Positions 39,305 through 53,054 of a stretch of DNA of 64,000 nt are shown here, one piece after another; the stretch's first letter is position 1; every line of letters begins with the position of its first letter. The stretch covers positions 41,161-105,160 of the forward strand of contig MU619333.1 of NCBI GenBank assembly GCA_025201805.1. Direction: 5' to 3'. A program made the translations under genes and the position numbers. The notes under the pieces are model-generated. The model searched no databases and was not told where the DNA came from. It saw only the letters and a list, made by a program, of their open reading frames with translations. Source of the DNA: Parasitella parasitica NRRL 2501. Its lineage: Eukaryota > Fungi > Mucoromycota.

Positions 39305-41769
39305 CAGTTTTTTTTTTTTTTTTTTTTTTTTTTTACATAAACGGTTGTACCTACCATACAAGTGATGTTGTCATTATACTCAAGTGGTTTGCGGTTATTA
39401 AAGGCCCAGTCTGCTGATTGCTACCAATGACCACCTCTTAGGTACCATGTAAAACCTGTAAAACACAACGCTCGATCTTCTATTTTGTTTGAGGATGCTA
39501 CCGAAAAACAAACAACGAATATGCAATTATCTTGACACATATGATTATCAGCACTACTGAATATCTCACACTATACCATTAAAGTTTGTACTTAGTTATT
39601 AAAGCCTCATATGTACCACAATAAAAATAACATACTAAGAATAGGCGTACCGTTTAGGCATAACAAATACTACGAAACGTACAGTACTAGAATTTCAAAC
39701 GACTGATTTGCATATCGAAATATTAAGAACTCATGCATTCACACTGAATATCAGAAACCATTAATACATGCTATGATTTTGTATGTAATGCATTCTATGT
39801 CTTCATGCCTTGGATTGACCCTGCAACTATGTATGCGTCAGTGTTTATGTGTGAATCAACGCCATTTAACCGAAGCAATTTTAAATGGCACAAACGCAAT
39901 TGATGTAGATCATATCATTGCAATTTCTTTTTATTGTACCCGGGAACAATTAATTGAAATCAACTATTAGTATTTAGCGTACAACCAGCGATTAACCATT
40001 GTATTCTTACTAATTTAACAAAACACTTTTGTATTAAAGGGATGGGCATACTATAAATTTGAAGCAAGGCAGGTATTTTGAAGAAAGGGATTCAACTGTA
40101 TCATCCAAATAGTATGATATAGCTGATCTAGAATAAAAACTATGTCATATGTACTCATTTTATTATATTTTAGAAGAATCCAAATGTATATCATACTGAA
40201 CATGTCTTTTCTGTTCCCCTAAAATTTGTTCAGCAAATTCTTTTTGTGCTTATAGAATTTTAATTCAGCGAGACAGAGCCATATCGACCTATTTCTTGAT
40301 ATTAATTTGAGGAGCTAGTTTTTAAGATATTTTTATTTAGATTATCATACGAGAACCAATACAAAGTAAATTAAGTATTAATTGTTAATATAATATCATG
40401 ATCGTTTAAGAGATGTGGAAAGAAGTATATTGATCGAATTATACACGATGATGGATCTGATGGTAGCACACTATAATAGGACCTAGGCCACCAGAACTCT
40501 TGGTATAACAATACCCCTGAAGCATGGATTCCAAAATGCCCATGTCTTTCGTGGATGCCTTGCTAAAATTTCTCTCTTTGATACTGTGGTATGTTATATC
40601 AATGTTATCTCATAGGTCTCTTGTACAAGGTTTCACTCTTAGCATTGATTAGTATCTCAAGTAAATTATGGGTTATTCGGATCAACATTCCACAGGTTTT
40701 AGATAGTAAAAACCTCTTTGTTGTAGTTCACATTATGCTAAGCCTCTATTATTAGCACAGATAGGTCTATTTAAAAACAATTATGTTTGGAATCTAAATA
40801 TATATTCAATACACTTTTAGGAGCAGGTTTTGATCTGTTATAACTAAAGATACAGAAGATCATGGCAATCATACTTCAATTTGAAGATTGAAAATTGTCC
40901 AATGATGTGATGTAATACGCTTACGTAAACTAGAGAATGAAATCTTTGTTTCAATTCAAGAAGGTTATCCTGTAGTAACACAGATCTGAGCACCAGGATA
41001 AGGTTAAGGCACTGTCAGATCAAAGACTGGTAGCCATTGTTGTATAACCTTACATCGTACCCTGTCAAGTAGATTGTCACCGTGAATTAGTCTTGTCAAT
41101 TAGTAATCTAAATAAGTCGCCATAAATTTATGTGGTTGTAAAAAGTATAAATAGCAGATGTAATTTCGATCTTAAATAAAGTATCTTCAAGTTTTCGTAT
41201 TTCGTTAATCTTTGGTTTTGTTATCTTTTTTTTTTTGATCCAACGAAGGTAGCTCCGTTAGAGATGACATTCAATTACATTTTTGTAAGAAGTTCTATCA
41301 CTTCAGCACAATATCATCTGATAACTCTATAAATTTCAATAAAAAAAAAAGTGGACGCAGATGTTGTTGCCAGATAGCGCCAAGTGAACGCTAAGTTTTC
41401 CGAGTTAGATTGCGGTTCTACGGTCATTTTAGCAGAAGTTATGAGCAAATTTCTGATATTCATGATAAATATTGAAAAATATAACCGTTTTTGCTGATAT
41501 CTTTTGATAGAGAGGTCGTCCAAGGGAAAACAAGTTATGCTCATATAGTGATGATCATAAATACAACCTTTTCTTTCCTTCTTAGATACTAAGAAAAAAA
41601 ACAAAACAAAAAATGTTACGATATTGTTGTGATCTCTTTACTTTTTCCAAAATAGCTTGGTCATGCAATTTTTCACACATTTAAAAATAAATTGGTCAAG
41701 GAAATATTTTGTATTTGGTTGCTTTGTAGAAACAGATTTTCTCTCAAATTTATTGATTTAAAAACACAC

Positions 41770-42530
41770 TTTTTTCACGGAGACGATTATGGTAACATTG
41801 TTGATGACAGAGGGAAAGAAGCAACAACCTTTTGTTGAGGAGAAGTCGTTCCGAATGGGAAAACTGACTGATCTAATGAAGGTTTTCAAAAACTAAAAAG
41901 CTCAGCTTGAAGTAACATTCCTTAAGATGTCGTAATATAGAGGAGCCTGTCCCTATGAAAGGAAGAGCTATTCAGTACAATGTCTATGCTGATGAGGACC
42001 GCGTGATATATTTCTATTTCTTTTGAAATCAAAGACATTGACGCCCAAGGAGACGGCCAAAGCTGCGAACGTCAATTATGATACCTCGTGCAAATGGAAA
42101 ACAAGCTTATGAAAATGACTCAAAACAAGAATATACCCTTGAGGAAAACCAAACGCACCTCAAACAGACTACTTGGTCAATTAAACGATGAGTATAAGTT
42201 AAGTTTTTTTTGGCAATAGTTCCTTGGCAACTATCAGGACGCAACGGATGATTTGATCACGAATTTCGCAGGTTTGAACATCAAGAAATCGAGAGTAGCT
42301 GGATTCATGAAAGAAGAATATAATCTCAGTATCAAGGGTGTAAGTCATCATCCGAAAGCTAGAAATTGTGATACCACTCTCCTAGGGCGTGTTGTATGAG
42401 TCAAGGAATGATTTTTTTTAAGGACTGCGTACTTCTTGACGAATTCGGACTCGATGTCAATATGCATCGCAATAGAGGTTGGGCTGCTAGTGGCTCACCA
42501 GCTATCGTGGAATCTCCTACTGCAAAAGCC
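41770..42530 (+). mobile_element. Decayed IS630/Tc1-mariner (DDE_3) transposase pseudogene, 3'-truncated
   Basis: Frame-broken segments AKAANVNYDT..KWK, RLLGQLNDEYK, and CVLLDEFGLDVNMHRNRGWAASGSPAIV carrying the first catalytic D. Confidence 0.8.
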
Positions 42531-42633
42531 GAGTTGCAAACTTTCATTGGAGGTGAGAATGGCAGCAAGAGGTTACTTTTGCTTCAAATTTTTTTTCCTG
42601 TGCATAATAAAATTAAGCTTTATGCCGGTACAA

Positions 42634-43056
42634 GTTCAGATCGCCTAATCTCTAACAGACAGTAATGAATGCTTAGAACATTGTACACTAACTCAACACT
42701 TGTACTTTGCAAACACCATAGGTGGCTCAAATGGTAGAAAACAAAGCATAGCAGATTCACATGAGTGGCATAAAGCGCTCGAATTCTATATCGCTTGCGA
42801 GATTTTTTTTAAAAGAAAAATATCATGAGTTCATCCATCTCAGAGGAACAAGCCAAATAAATTGCCACTTACTAGGACATCATTGCAGAATAAGACGGCA
42901 TACATACACAAACATCGACACACGTTCAGATCGCCTAATCTCTAACAATCTGCAATGATTGCTTAGAACAGTGTGCACTTACTCAACACTTGTACTTTGC
43001 AAACACCATAGGTGGCTCAAATGGTAGAAAACAAAGCATAGCAGGTTCACATGAGT
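42634..43056. repeat. Two 133-bp direct repeats (42634-42766 and 42924-43056)
   Basis: GTTCAGATCGCCTAATCTCTAACA...TTCACATGAGT occurs twice with few substitutions, period 290. Confidence 0.95.
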
Positions 43057-43201
43057 AATGTAAGGTAGTTTTAATGAAAAGAAAACAAAAACGTTATCTT
43101 CGTGATCCCAGTAAAATTAAATGTTAGATAATGACGTCGAACTTCAATGAATTGGTGCACGAGCTCAGAACCTCCACCTTTTTTATCTTTGTAACAAAAA
43201 A

Positions 43202-45152
43202 ATGTCCATAATACCACCCAAATTACCTAAACCATACGCTACTATTAAAGACTACAAGATACCTGATAGCTTAAGACAGGCTTTGGAGTTACCTTCTTAT
43301 TTGTTTACTGGGGAATTGCAAAATTGGGTCAAGATGTCTGAGTTGTTAGATGCATATTTTGAAGCATCACTTGTTATTGCAAAGAATGGCCATGCTCTGC
43401 TAACGACCGCCTCAATCTTCCTAAAGAAGATTAGGGAGAACAAAGAAGTAATAAAATCTGTACAAAATTACTGCGGTCGTTTGAAAACTTATCTTGATAA
43501 CAAATCCGTCAATACTCAATTTAGGCTTTATATGCGTTGAAAGAAGTAGAATGGAGAGAAAAGAGAAGCGAGAGCAGTTTAAACTCAGAAACAAGAATTG
43601 CAAGCAATAGAATAATAACTAAAAGAGTGCAAGAGGTTGGTGAAGGAAGCACCAATAAAGAACCAAACAAAAAGCAAAAAATTGACAAGGTATGTACGTA
43701 TAAAATAAGCTTTTAAATTGGCCTGAGATTCTCACAGAAAAGTTTAAATCAATAGTTGTTTGATGAAGAAGACGATGAGATATCACACCTAATACCCCCA
43801 ACTGCCTTATGCCATACTAAAGATGACAGTGCTGCTGAAAGCGCCAAAAGCGATGATGGCGATGATGATGTGTTCAGTACCATAGATGAGGCATGTATTT
43901 CTTACTACTTGACAATCGCACTTTGCTAATGTATCACTAGTATTTAGGTTTACGGAATGACTGTTGTAAGAGAAAAAAATGTTTACAGATTCCAACCTCC
44001 TGCCAAACACTTAATTTCGCCGCACAAACCTATCATACAAGCTGAAGATCTATCGGTTGTCAGATATTACTTTGATATATGTGTAAGTACTTGTGAATCA
44101 GAAGCGTCCGATGAAACCAAAGCTGAATATGAAGCTATGATGCAAGAACAAAATAACTTACAAAGCTTGAAAAACTTGGGATCTGATATCATGGATTGGG
44201 TTGCAAAAATCTTAAATTGGTCTGAAAAAGATATGTTCAAAAACTTAGGAACCGTTCCTGACCTGCCGTTTTTAAATTTTGTAAAATTTACTATTGTTGA
44301 CTTCCTCTTGAATTGCATGCGTACACACGTATATAATCAAAACGATGAAAGAACTGCGTATTGCGAACTCTTCATTCCTATCTTTAAAGCATTTGGAAAT
44401 ACTACAAAAAAATTGAACTATGTCTGGTAGGTATTATTCGATAATAATACTTAAATATGAGCGTACTACTAATAATAATGGGGATTCTAGGTGCGAGAAA
44501 AAGGTCAAGGACTCTGATTATGTATGGCTTGTATCAAATAACTTTGTTAAAGATAAGGGTTGCTTGAAGCTACTGGATGGTATTGGAAGACTGGTTGACA
44601 AAGAATTAAACTATATTCTTATTGAATCATCTGGGTATGATAAATTGATTTTTTTTTATCTTAAGTAGTGTTCACTAATATTCTCTTCCTTTAAGGTTCA
44701 ACAAATCAAACGCCTTATCGCACAGTTTGAACGATACCTTAAAGAATATGAAGAGTGGCTCAGACAATCTAAAGTGTTTTGTATCAAACTACAAAAAAGC
44801 CTCTTTCAGTACGATGAAGAAGGCCCGAATCTATACTTGACATATAATTCAAAATAAGATGACCTTAGTTCGATACAAAATCAAGTCTGCTTCCCAATGG
44901 CAAGTTGTTGAATGCCGCTCTGCCTGTATCCCCCTCTCTTTCTCTGGCATCATTCACTATACCAAAGTCTTTGAACTTTTCGCTTTCCTGCTGGTGCGTA
45001 TTTAGGGAGTTATACGATATCACTACTACTGCTAATAGCTTAATCATTTTTAGAGTGATATGGCTGAACAAGATAAAATTTTTCATCAGTTGGAGATGGA
45101 GTCGTTGGGGTTGATTGAAGTACCTCAAGATGAAACTGTTGCTCATTTTTTA
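43202..45152 (+). pseudogene. Six-exon pseudogene with a C-terminal PD-(D/E)xK/restriction-endonuclease-fold-like domain
   Basis: The spliced product contains DERTAYCELFIPIF, WCEKK, LLDGIG, ILIESSG and HSLNDTLKN. It has a 2-nt frameshift near 43530, an in-frame TGA at 44838-44840 and one GC-AG intron (43891-43947). Confidence 0.65.
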
Positions 45153-47234
45153 ATGTAAAATTTATGTTGGTTTAACCTCCCTTGTTATTACTATGCTTTT
45201 TTTTTATGTAAAAAAGATGTTTGATGCTAACTCGTTAGGTCTAAACCAGACATCATATGAGGAAAGCGACTTTTCTGACTTTTTTTCGGAAAAGTATTTT
45301 TCAAAATCGGAGCGTGAGATTGTCAGGCCAGGTACAGACATGCAAGCGCTACCATTAGAAAGCCAAGAAGCACACCATTTAAACAAAAAAATTGCAGTTG
45401 TTTTTCTTTTGAATTGGGTAAGCTATGGCTTCTCAAAGTTAATGCTTTCTTCCAAAAAAAACACCATTTTCTTTAATAGCGGAGATTCATTGCGTCCAAA
45501 ATCAGGAAGAAAAAATTCTTTCAAAAACTCCATTTGTATAATTGAAAAACAAAATTACTTCTTTAAGGCAAGATAACATCTTCTGATACTATGCATACCA
45601 CAGCTGTCAGTCTATGATAATAGCTGTATTTTTGGACGCTCTACATGCTGGTATCATTTCATAATTCCCGTATGCTTATGGAAGGAATTATGTTGACAAA
45701 ACTTCAAAACAGATTAAGAGGGAAAAGTCAATATTTTGCTTAATCAGAGCGCATTCCCAGTCTTTCAGATCAAGGAATGGTCTTTTACAATCATTTTCCT
45801 CTAATATATGCTATAGTAAAAAATTGCATCTTTGGGGTCAAAATCGAGGATAATGCATAATCGATGAGTTTGGATGTGTGAATACAAGGAAAAAATCGAA
45901 AAAATCCGTCATTTTGCATCGAAAAAAAAATCATGCTCAAATTGCACCAAAATCATATATTATATAGTTTTTTCCCTATGAATACTATTTCTGGTACTTT
46001 CAGGGCACTTTTGATTATGAAAATCAGTCAAAAAATGGAACACAAAGCTAATAATCTTGCTTTTAAGCTGTAAAGATATCTATCTGGAGATGATACCAGG
46101 TCAATATCAATTCTAGTACATGACACAGCTTTAAAAAGTAAGTATTTTGATACCAAAAGTATTCATAATAATATGATCAAACAGTTTTGGCCCATCGAGT
46201 TGGAAGGAGAAAAGAATAATCAATGAATACAACTTTTTGCTGCAATAATCCCTTGTTATCTGTTCGTAAGTCGCTAATTACTAACGACAGAGAAGCCCTA
46301 TTACATTGATTTATAATAATGCTTAATACCAACTCAAGGGTTCGTTTTTTTTTTTTGCTTCTAATACTAAGCATGTAAAATAGAAAGTAAAGTAGAGGTT
46401 AAGATTGAGGTTGACGGTAATTTTGCTAACAAAAGTTAAGCTTCACAATAAGCTTCTGGTAGATTCCAGGTTCCAGGCACTGTACTGTAAAGTATCTCGC
46501 TATACCAAACACATTTTTGTACACCAACCCGTCCGTAATAACGAGTCCCGACTGTATATTCTTTGCTTAATATTGGATATGCTGAATCAACTCAAAAGAT
46601 GTAACATAAAATGATAATGTGAAGTTATAGAAATAGAGATTGTCATTTGCTTGAATATGCTATGATTTTTGAAAAGACTTATAATCAAAGGAGGAATCAT
46701 AATGAAATGGTTGGTTTAAACTTAGAATCAGAAATAAACTGCCGTTTTGTAAATGCATAATTCGACGGATACGTACAACTTAATGCCTTATTAATATATG
46801 CAGTGTGATAGTTTGATAGTTTGGTGATTTTGTAATTTAACTATTTTTTAGTTTATACACCTGTGCAGTTCTATAGACTTGCCTAAATATCTGAGCTTAT
46901 TTAGAATTCTGATCTCTAACGGATATATCTAAAATAATTTATCATAATTAATTACATAACATGCCTGCTGCTAGAATCAATTTGAGTTTTATTGAACCAT
47001 TGAATGGAATATTAAGCTGAGTCAGTGGTGAACACTATGGTTGTGTAGGCAAGTATACCAACATAGTTTTCTTGCTAAATCACATATTACTCCTCTTTAC
47101 TTTGCAAACAGTGGTTTTATTGATAGTAGACATTGCATGATATGCATAAATTTTTCAATAGAATGTACAAGTTTCGAGATTGGAGAAATGCTATTTTGAT
47201 TTAGTAAGAAGAGAGAGAGAGGGGGGGGGGGTAT

Positions 47235-48333
47235 TTAATGCTTTTTAGATTTCAGTTCATATTCATTACCACCACTAACTGGTATATCAGCTGAAGAAGA
47301 CGCTTGGAAAAATGTGCTTGGGTGATGCACACTGGTAAAGTCCTCATTGTCTGTGAGATCATCATCGACGCTGTATCTCGGTGGTAATTCAGTAGGTTCG
47401 TTCGAAATATCCTCTTCAGCTTCATCTCTATGAGATCTAAGTAATGTCTCTGCATCCTCCTCGTCTCTTGTCAATCTAATGTTTTGCTTGTTCTGATCTG
47501 TTTTATGTTTGATAAACGTATCAATAACCCAAAATTGCATAATATTCATCACGAGAGGAAATCTAATAGACCAATCCGTTGGTATATTACTCTAGAAAAC
47601 TGACCTTTATACTGTAACTTACATCAGCATGACAAATACGACCTGAAGTTTATAGTTTCCAACAGTCCACTCCAGCACCCAATCACCGAAATCTTCAATC
47701 CAGGGACAAAGATGGAATAGAGAGACCACAATCACCTTCATGATCATCAAGCTGACAATGTAGACAAGCAGCTGTTTCCCCCATTTTCGAATTTGCGCTG
47801 TTAAAGGAGGTTCCCCATATACTCCACTTTGAAATCCTGTTAATTCTAGCCTGAGGACGAGGTATTTAAAACCAGTCAAGATGCACCATAGAATCCCAAT
47901 ACCTAATGTTGTATCAACAAATATATTTAGAAAGTACCTACAAAAGCCGTCAAAGGATCAGCTCATGATTTTGGGTGAATACCGAATCACTACGTACCAA
48001 ACGCAAGGATTTGATTTCTGTCCTTCCTCTGGTTTCACGCCGAAAAACACAGCAGCGACGACGTTCAGTGAATGAATCATAATGCCACCTGCCAATTGCT
48101 TACTCACATCTAGGGCCCTGAGAGTAGAGAATCATGAGATACCATTGACAAAACACTTGGACAAACTCTTACCAAATCCTGATAGGTCTTTGAGGTTGCT
48201 CTCGTTGTCTCTTGAAGATCAATGTAGAAAATGCAGTTGTAGCTAGACATAGCTGAATAAATATTCCAAACCCATCCATTAATTTACACCCTGCTTGTGG
48301 GTCTTCTTCATGTGGTGCTCTATATTCTAACAT
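47235..48333 (-). CDS. STIMATE/TMEM110 (yeast YPL162C-like) multi-pass membrane protein; start uncertain
   Basis: CKLMDGFGIFIQ...KRQREQPQRPIRIWALDVSKQ, NPCVWYFLNIFVDTTLG, QFWVID. Confidence 0.88.
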
Positions 48334-48638
48334 GTGTGCGTGTGTGTGTGTGTGTATATTACAAATCATACTATAACTAGAGTGCAGTTTTCAATCATAT
48401 AAAATGGACATGCCATCAGCGAAAGAAGGGTTGAGGGCCGAGTATCTCAACCGAGATGACAGATATGATCAGCGTCAGCAGCGTTTAAAAAAAAAAAAAA
48501 AAAAGAAGAGAAAAGCCAAATGAATTCTACACTTAAAACGCATGCGGCTCTTCAACCACAAGACCGTTTTTTGTGTAATTTGAGCTGTTATTCACTCCTT
48601 TCGTTTCCGGAAGTTTGCTGCGAACTTCAATACTGACC

Positions 48639-51600
48639 ATGAGCTCTCCAGACGAACCTAACGATCCATACGGAGCCATTAAATTTGGCGAGTTCCGTAA
48701 ATATATGCAGAATAAGCAATCAAAGCTAAAGAGACAGCAAAGAGAATTGTAGTAGGCCAATTTGTCATTAGGGTTTTCATGTCTATTCATACCGTAGTGG
48801 CAATTTTGCTTTTTAGGGGAGGACAAGCAAGCCAAGAATTACCACAAATTTTTGCTGGCACAAGCATATACATAAATGGGTATTCGCATCCACCAGCAAG
48901 CGATTTGCGTAGGATGATACTGCAGCATGGAGGAGACTATCAACACTATTGTAATTTTAATGAATTAGATTTAAACATTTTGTATCCATGATCTAACTAA
49001 TGCTGCAGTGAAAAAATCCAGTGTAACACACATTGTAGCTACCAATTTGACAAATTCTAAACTACAAGAATTTCGGTATATTTGGCATTATTCGCATTTG
49101 TAAAAACTGATTCTTATCAATTCACATTGTATAGGGCATATAAAGTTGTTCGACCTGAATGGATCACTGAATCAGTCCAAGGCCAGCAAATGTTGCCATG
49201 GCAAAATTATCGTCTCGTACCAAGAGCGACAACACAAAGGGAACTTTTGTTCAGCAATGACACAGAAGCTGCGACAGCAGAAAAGATCACAGGAAAAACA
49301 TTAAACGCAAATGTGCTCTCGAATGAATGGGCAAGGCAAATATCTACTGTCAATCCTACATTTATCAAACGATATTACGAAACATCGAGATTGCATTATT
49401 TGTCTACTTGGAAAGAGGAATTGAAGGATATTGTTGAGAAATTGGGGCAGAATTACAAGTCTGGTCCAAACACACCAAGCAAAAAGAGATCGTCTGCTGC
49501 GCACAATCGAACTGTAATGCATGTTGACTTCGACTGTTTCTTTGCTTCGGTAGGGATCAAAGATCGTCCTCATTTGAGTAACTTGCCAGTATGTACATGT
49601 ATACAATGCGTAGATCCCGTGTGTTGATTTTGATGGATATTTCTATAGGTAGCTGTTTCTCATAGTAAAGCTGTTAGTGAGACCTCTTCCAGCGATATTG
49701 GTAAATTATATAGAAAAGCATGATAGCACAAACTAAATATAGATTGTCTGATAGCTTCTTGCAATTATGTGGCTCGTTCTTTTGGTGTTCGTAATGGCAT
49801 GACGTACAGTTTACAAATTTATTAAGTATATTTTATGTGATTATTGATACTGGTTATTTATAGGATGGGGATGGCCAAAGGTCTATGTCCCACTCTTCAA
49901 GTAATACCGTAAGTTAGAATTATCTGTTGAATCATATGTATGCCCAAAAATCTAACCAAGACGTAATGAAAGCTATGAGTTTGACAAATACAAAGCCATA
50001 TCCAAGATATTTTACGAAATCTTGTTTCAGCATGCAGATGAAATGCAAGCCGTTAGCGTGGACGAGGCTTTGCTTGAAGTTGGGTCTCACATTACTCAGC
50101 CTGAAGATGATGCTTGTGGTCAAAAAGAGCAGCAAGAAGCTTTGGCTACAGCGATCCGCGATAAAATTCGCCAGGCAACAGGTTGTGAGGCAAGTGTAGG
50201 TATAGGGCCCAATATTCTACTTGCGAGAATGTCAACAAAGCGGGCAAAACCTGCTGGTCAGTATGTTTGTAAATCAAAACAAGACATTGACAATTTATTG
50301 GCAAGCCAAGATGTAACTGATTTTCCTGGCGTAGGTTTTGAGTAATGAGTTTTAATTATTATGCAACTAACACTTGATTGACCAATGTAGGTTGGCTATG
50401 CTATCAGCGATAAACTCAAAGATTTGGTATTACCATCTAAATATATATCCAAGCAAATCAAGATGTTAACATGCTTTAACAGAATGTAACGGTCGTGAGT
50501 GATTTGAGAAAAATACCATTGCATGAGTTACAGACTAAATTGGGAGCTAAAATGGGGCAAACATTATATAATTTTTCACGGGGAATCGACGATAGACCAT
50601 TGATTACCCACCAACAAAGACAATCCGTGAGTGCAGAAGTGAATGTAAGTCCAGAAAAACTTTATATTTTAGCTACCCACATTAACCAATTGTACACATA
50701 TTCATATAGTGGGGTGTACGATTTGAGAATGAACAAAATGAACGAGAATTTGTAGATGGTTTAGCAAAAGAAGTTGCTGAAAGACTACAAAAACATAATG
50801 TTAAAGGGAGGAACATTACTGTTAAGGCATGTAATGGCTATGTATATATTTATATATCAATTAGGCTAATAATTGTGTATCCTGTCATCTAGATTTTGAA
50901 AAGAAAAGAAGATGCTAATGAAGCGCAGAAGCACTTGGGACATGGAAAAGTGGATGCATTTACAAAATCATATACACTGGGAAACTTCACTGACGATCCA
51001 GCTGTAATTAATAAACACGTTTATTCTATTCTAAAATCCTTTCAGTTTTCTAGTGCTGATATTAGAGGCTTAGGCATTCATGTCAGTAAATTAAACAATC
51101 AAGAAAAGCTCTCTCGTACGTGATTGTGATGCCTGCTTTATACACACTTGCATTTGCTAATACCGTAATATTTTATAGCTGACCAGGGCACTCTCAACTT
51201 TGAATCACACATTGCGATGAATGAACAGCGAGGTATGGAGACAGGTGAATCAAGTAGACAGGCTCCCAAAGAGACTATAGTAAGTAGTACTTAATTCAAC
51301 TGGCTCAATCAAAAGCTCATTTTATGATAAGGAAGTTGATCCGCTTGTGTATAACGAGCTGCCTGATTCAGTCAAGAAGGAGCTTGAAGCAACTTGTAAT
51401 CTGCTATTCAAGGAACCATTGACGACTAGTGGTGAAATTAAAGAGATACCAGAACACTTAGCCATTGCATCTCTACCAGAACTTCCGCCATGGTCTCAAC
51501 TAGATCCTCTTTCTTTGCTTGCTCTTCCAGATGAAATGCGCGAACAAATATTGAAAACATACGCAGCCAAAGTTGGAGATGCTCTACTAAAATCCCCAGT

Positions 51601-52330
51601 AGATACTCCTACTATCCAGAAATCACGAGCATCTGCATCATTACACACTAAAACCCCTCGAACCAGTAAATCCAAGGTTCGTAACATTGGTAGCGGAAGC
51701 AACAGGAGCCGCACTATTACTCAAATGTTTCAACATCCAACAAGTCCCTCCTCTCGTTCTAACATATCCAGCCCCTCGATTAACAGCAACAATGAAACAC
51801 CAACCATGCGTAGTAGTCGTTTTCAATCTGTTTTTCAGGGACAAGAAGAAGACAGTGATGACGGAGATTTGCCGTATGATGCAGACGTGTGGAAAGAGCT
51901 GCCCCAAAACATGAAAGACGAGCTTTTAGAAGAGCATCGCCGGCTCAAGAGACTCAAGGTCGAGCAAAAACAATTGAAAGAGCATCCAGTGAGCAGACAG
52001 GGTGTACAAAGAATAGACTTGCGTCCCTACCGCACGAAGGAGCCCTCGTTGCAAGGAGTTACCGATGTCAATGAAATACGTTCATTGTTGCGGGAATGGG
52101 TAGCTTCATACAAAGAGGGCCCTGAAGCTGAGGATGTTGTCACCATAACTAATTATCTCATTGAGCTGGTCCATTACGCCGATTTAGAAAAGGTGCACTT
52201 GGTGATTATATATTTGACGTATTTGGTACGAGATGTCGACTCTCTGAGTTGGAAGCAGTGTACAAAACAATTACAAGAAGCTGTATCAAACACAATAAAA
52301 TCAGTTTATGGATGCCCTCTTTGTACTTGA
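48639..52330 (+). CDS. REV1: DNA repair protein REV1 (BRCT, Y-family polymerase, ubiquitin-binding repeats, C-terminal domain), many exons
   Basis: BRCT IYINGY...VVRPEWI, SRLHYLSTWK, HVDFDCFFASV, SCNYVARSFG, VSVDEA, SVSAEVNWGVRF, KHLGHG. Confidence 0.96.
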
Positions 52331-52379
52331 TTTTCGACAATAAAAAAGTATATTTATTTTGTTTTGTTTTGTTTTGTTT

Positions 52380-53019
52380 TTATTGAGAAGTGGTGGCCGG
52401 AGAAGAAGAAGAGGAGGTGGTGGAAGAGGATGACATGACATCTGCATGGGAAAGAATTGCTTGATAGTTTTTGCTTTCGCCGTTTCCAACAAAATCAACA
52501 GCAGGAAGTGCCTCGCTAATTATATCTGCGTTGGTGCTTGTGCCTGTGGGTATTGATATGTTTTTGGTATATTCGGATTTGATATTTGAAACAGATGCAT
52601 CCAGTGGAGTTGTTGTCAATGCAGTTTTATGCTGATTTTGGGCAGCAGATGATGAAGCAGAAGAAGAGGAGGGAGGATACTGATGCTGACTCCAGTTACC
52701 GTCGTCTCTTGGCTGATGTTGGTGATGTAGGTGGTGATTACTCTCGAGCCAACTAGTTGGGATGGGTGATGCAGGTACAAAGCTTTCAAGGCTAGTTGTA
52801 TCACTTGAAGCGGCTGTAGTCATCATATGATGGTGATTGTCATTTAATAAATGAGAAGTATGCTGCATTTGTGTTACCGCTGCAACTGCTGCATTGTTTG
52901 AGTAGAGATCTTGTCCATTTGTCATCATTTGATGCGTGAAGCCACTGGCATCGTATTCATGCAAGATGTCTGTAGGCGATTGCTTTTGCTGCTGCTGCTG
53001 CTGCTGCTGCTGTTGTTGT

Positions 53020-53054
<35 letters not shown>

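Noticed and set aside
39270-39334. Poly-Lys ORF at 39143-39361 (and the similar one at 29966-30163)
   Set aside because: Translation of poly-T homopolymers, probably assembly-sensitive.
42634-43056. TRIM/LTR mini-retroelement interpretation of the 133-bp repeats
   Set aside because: No TG...CA ends, no convincing primer-binding site, no polypurine tract and no TSD.
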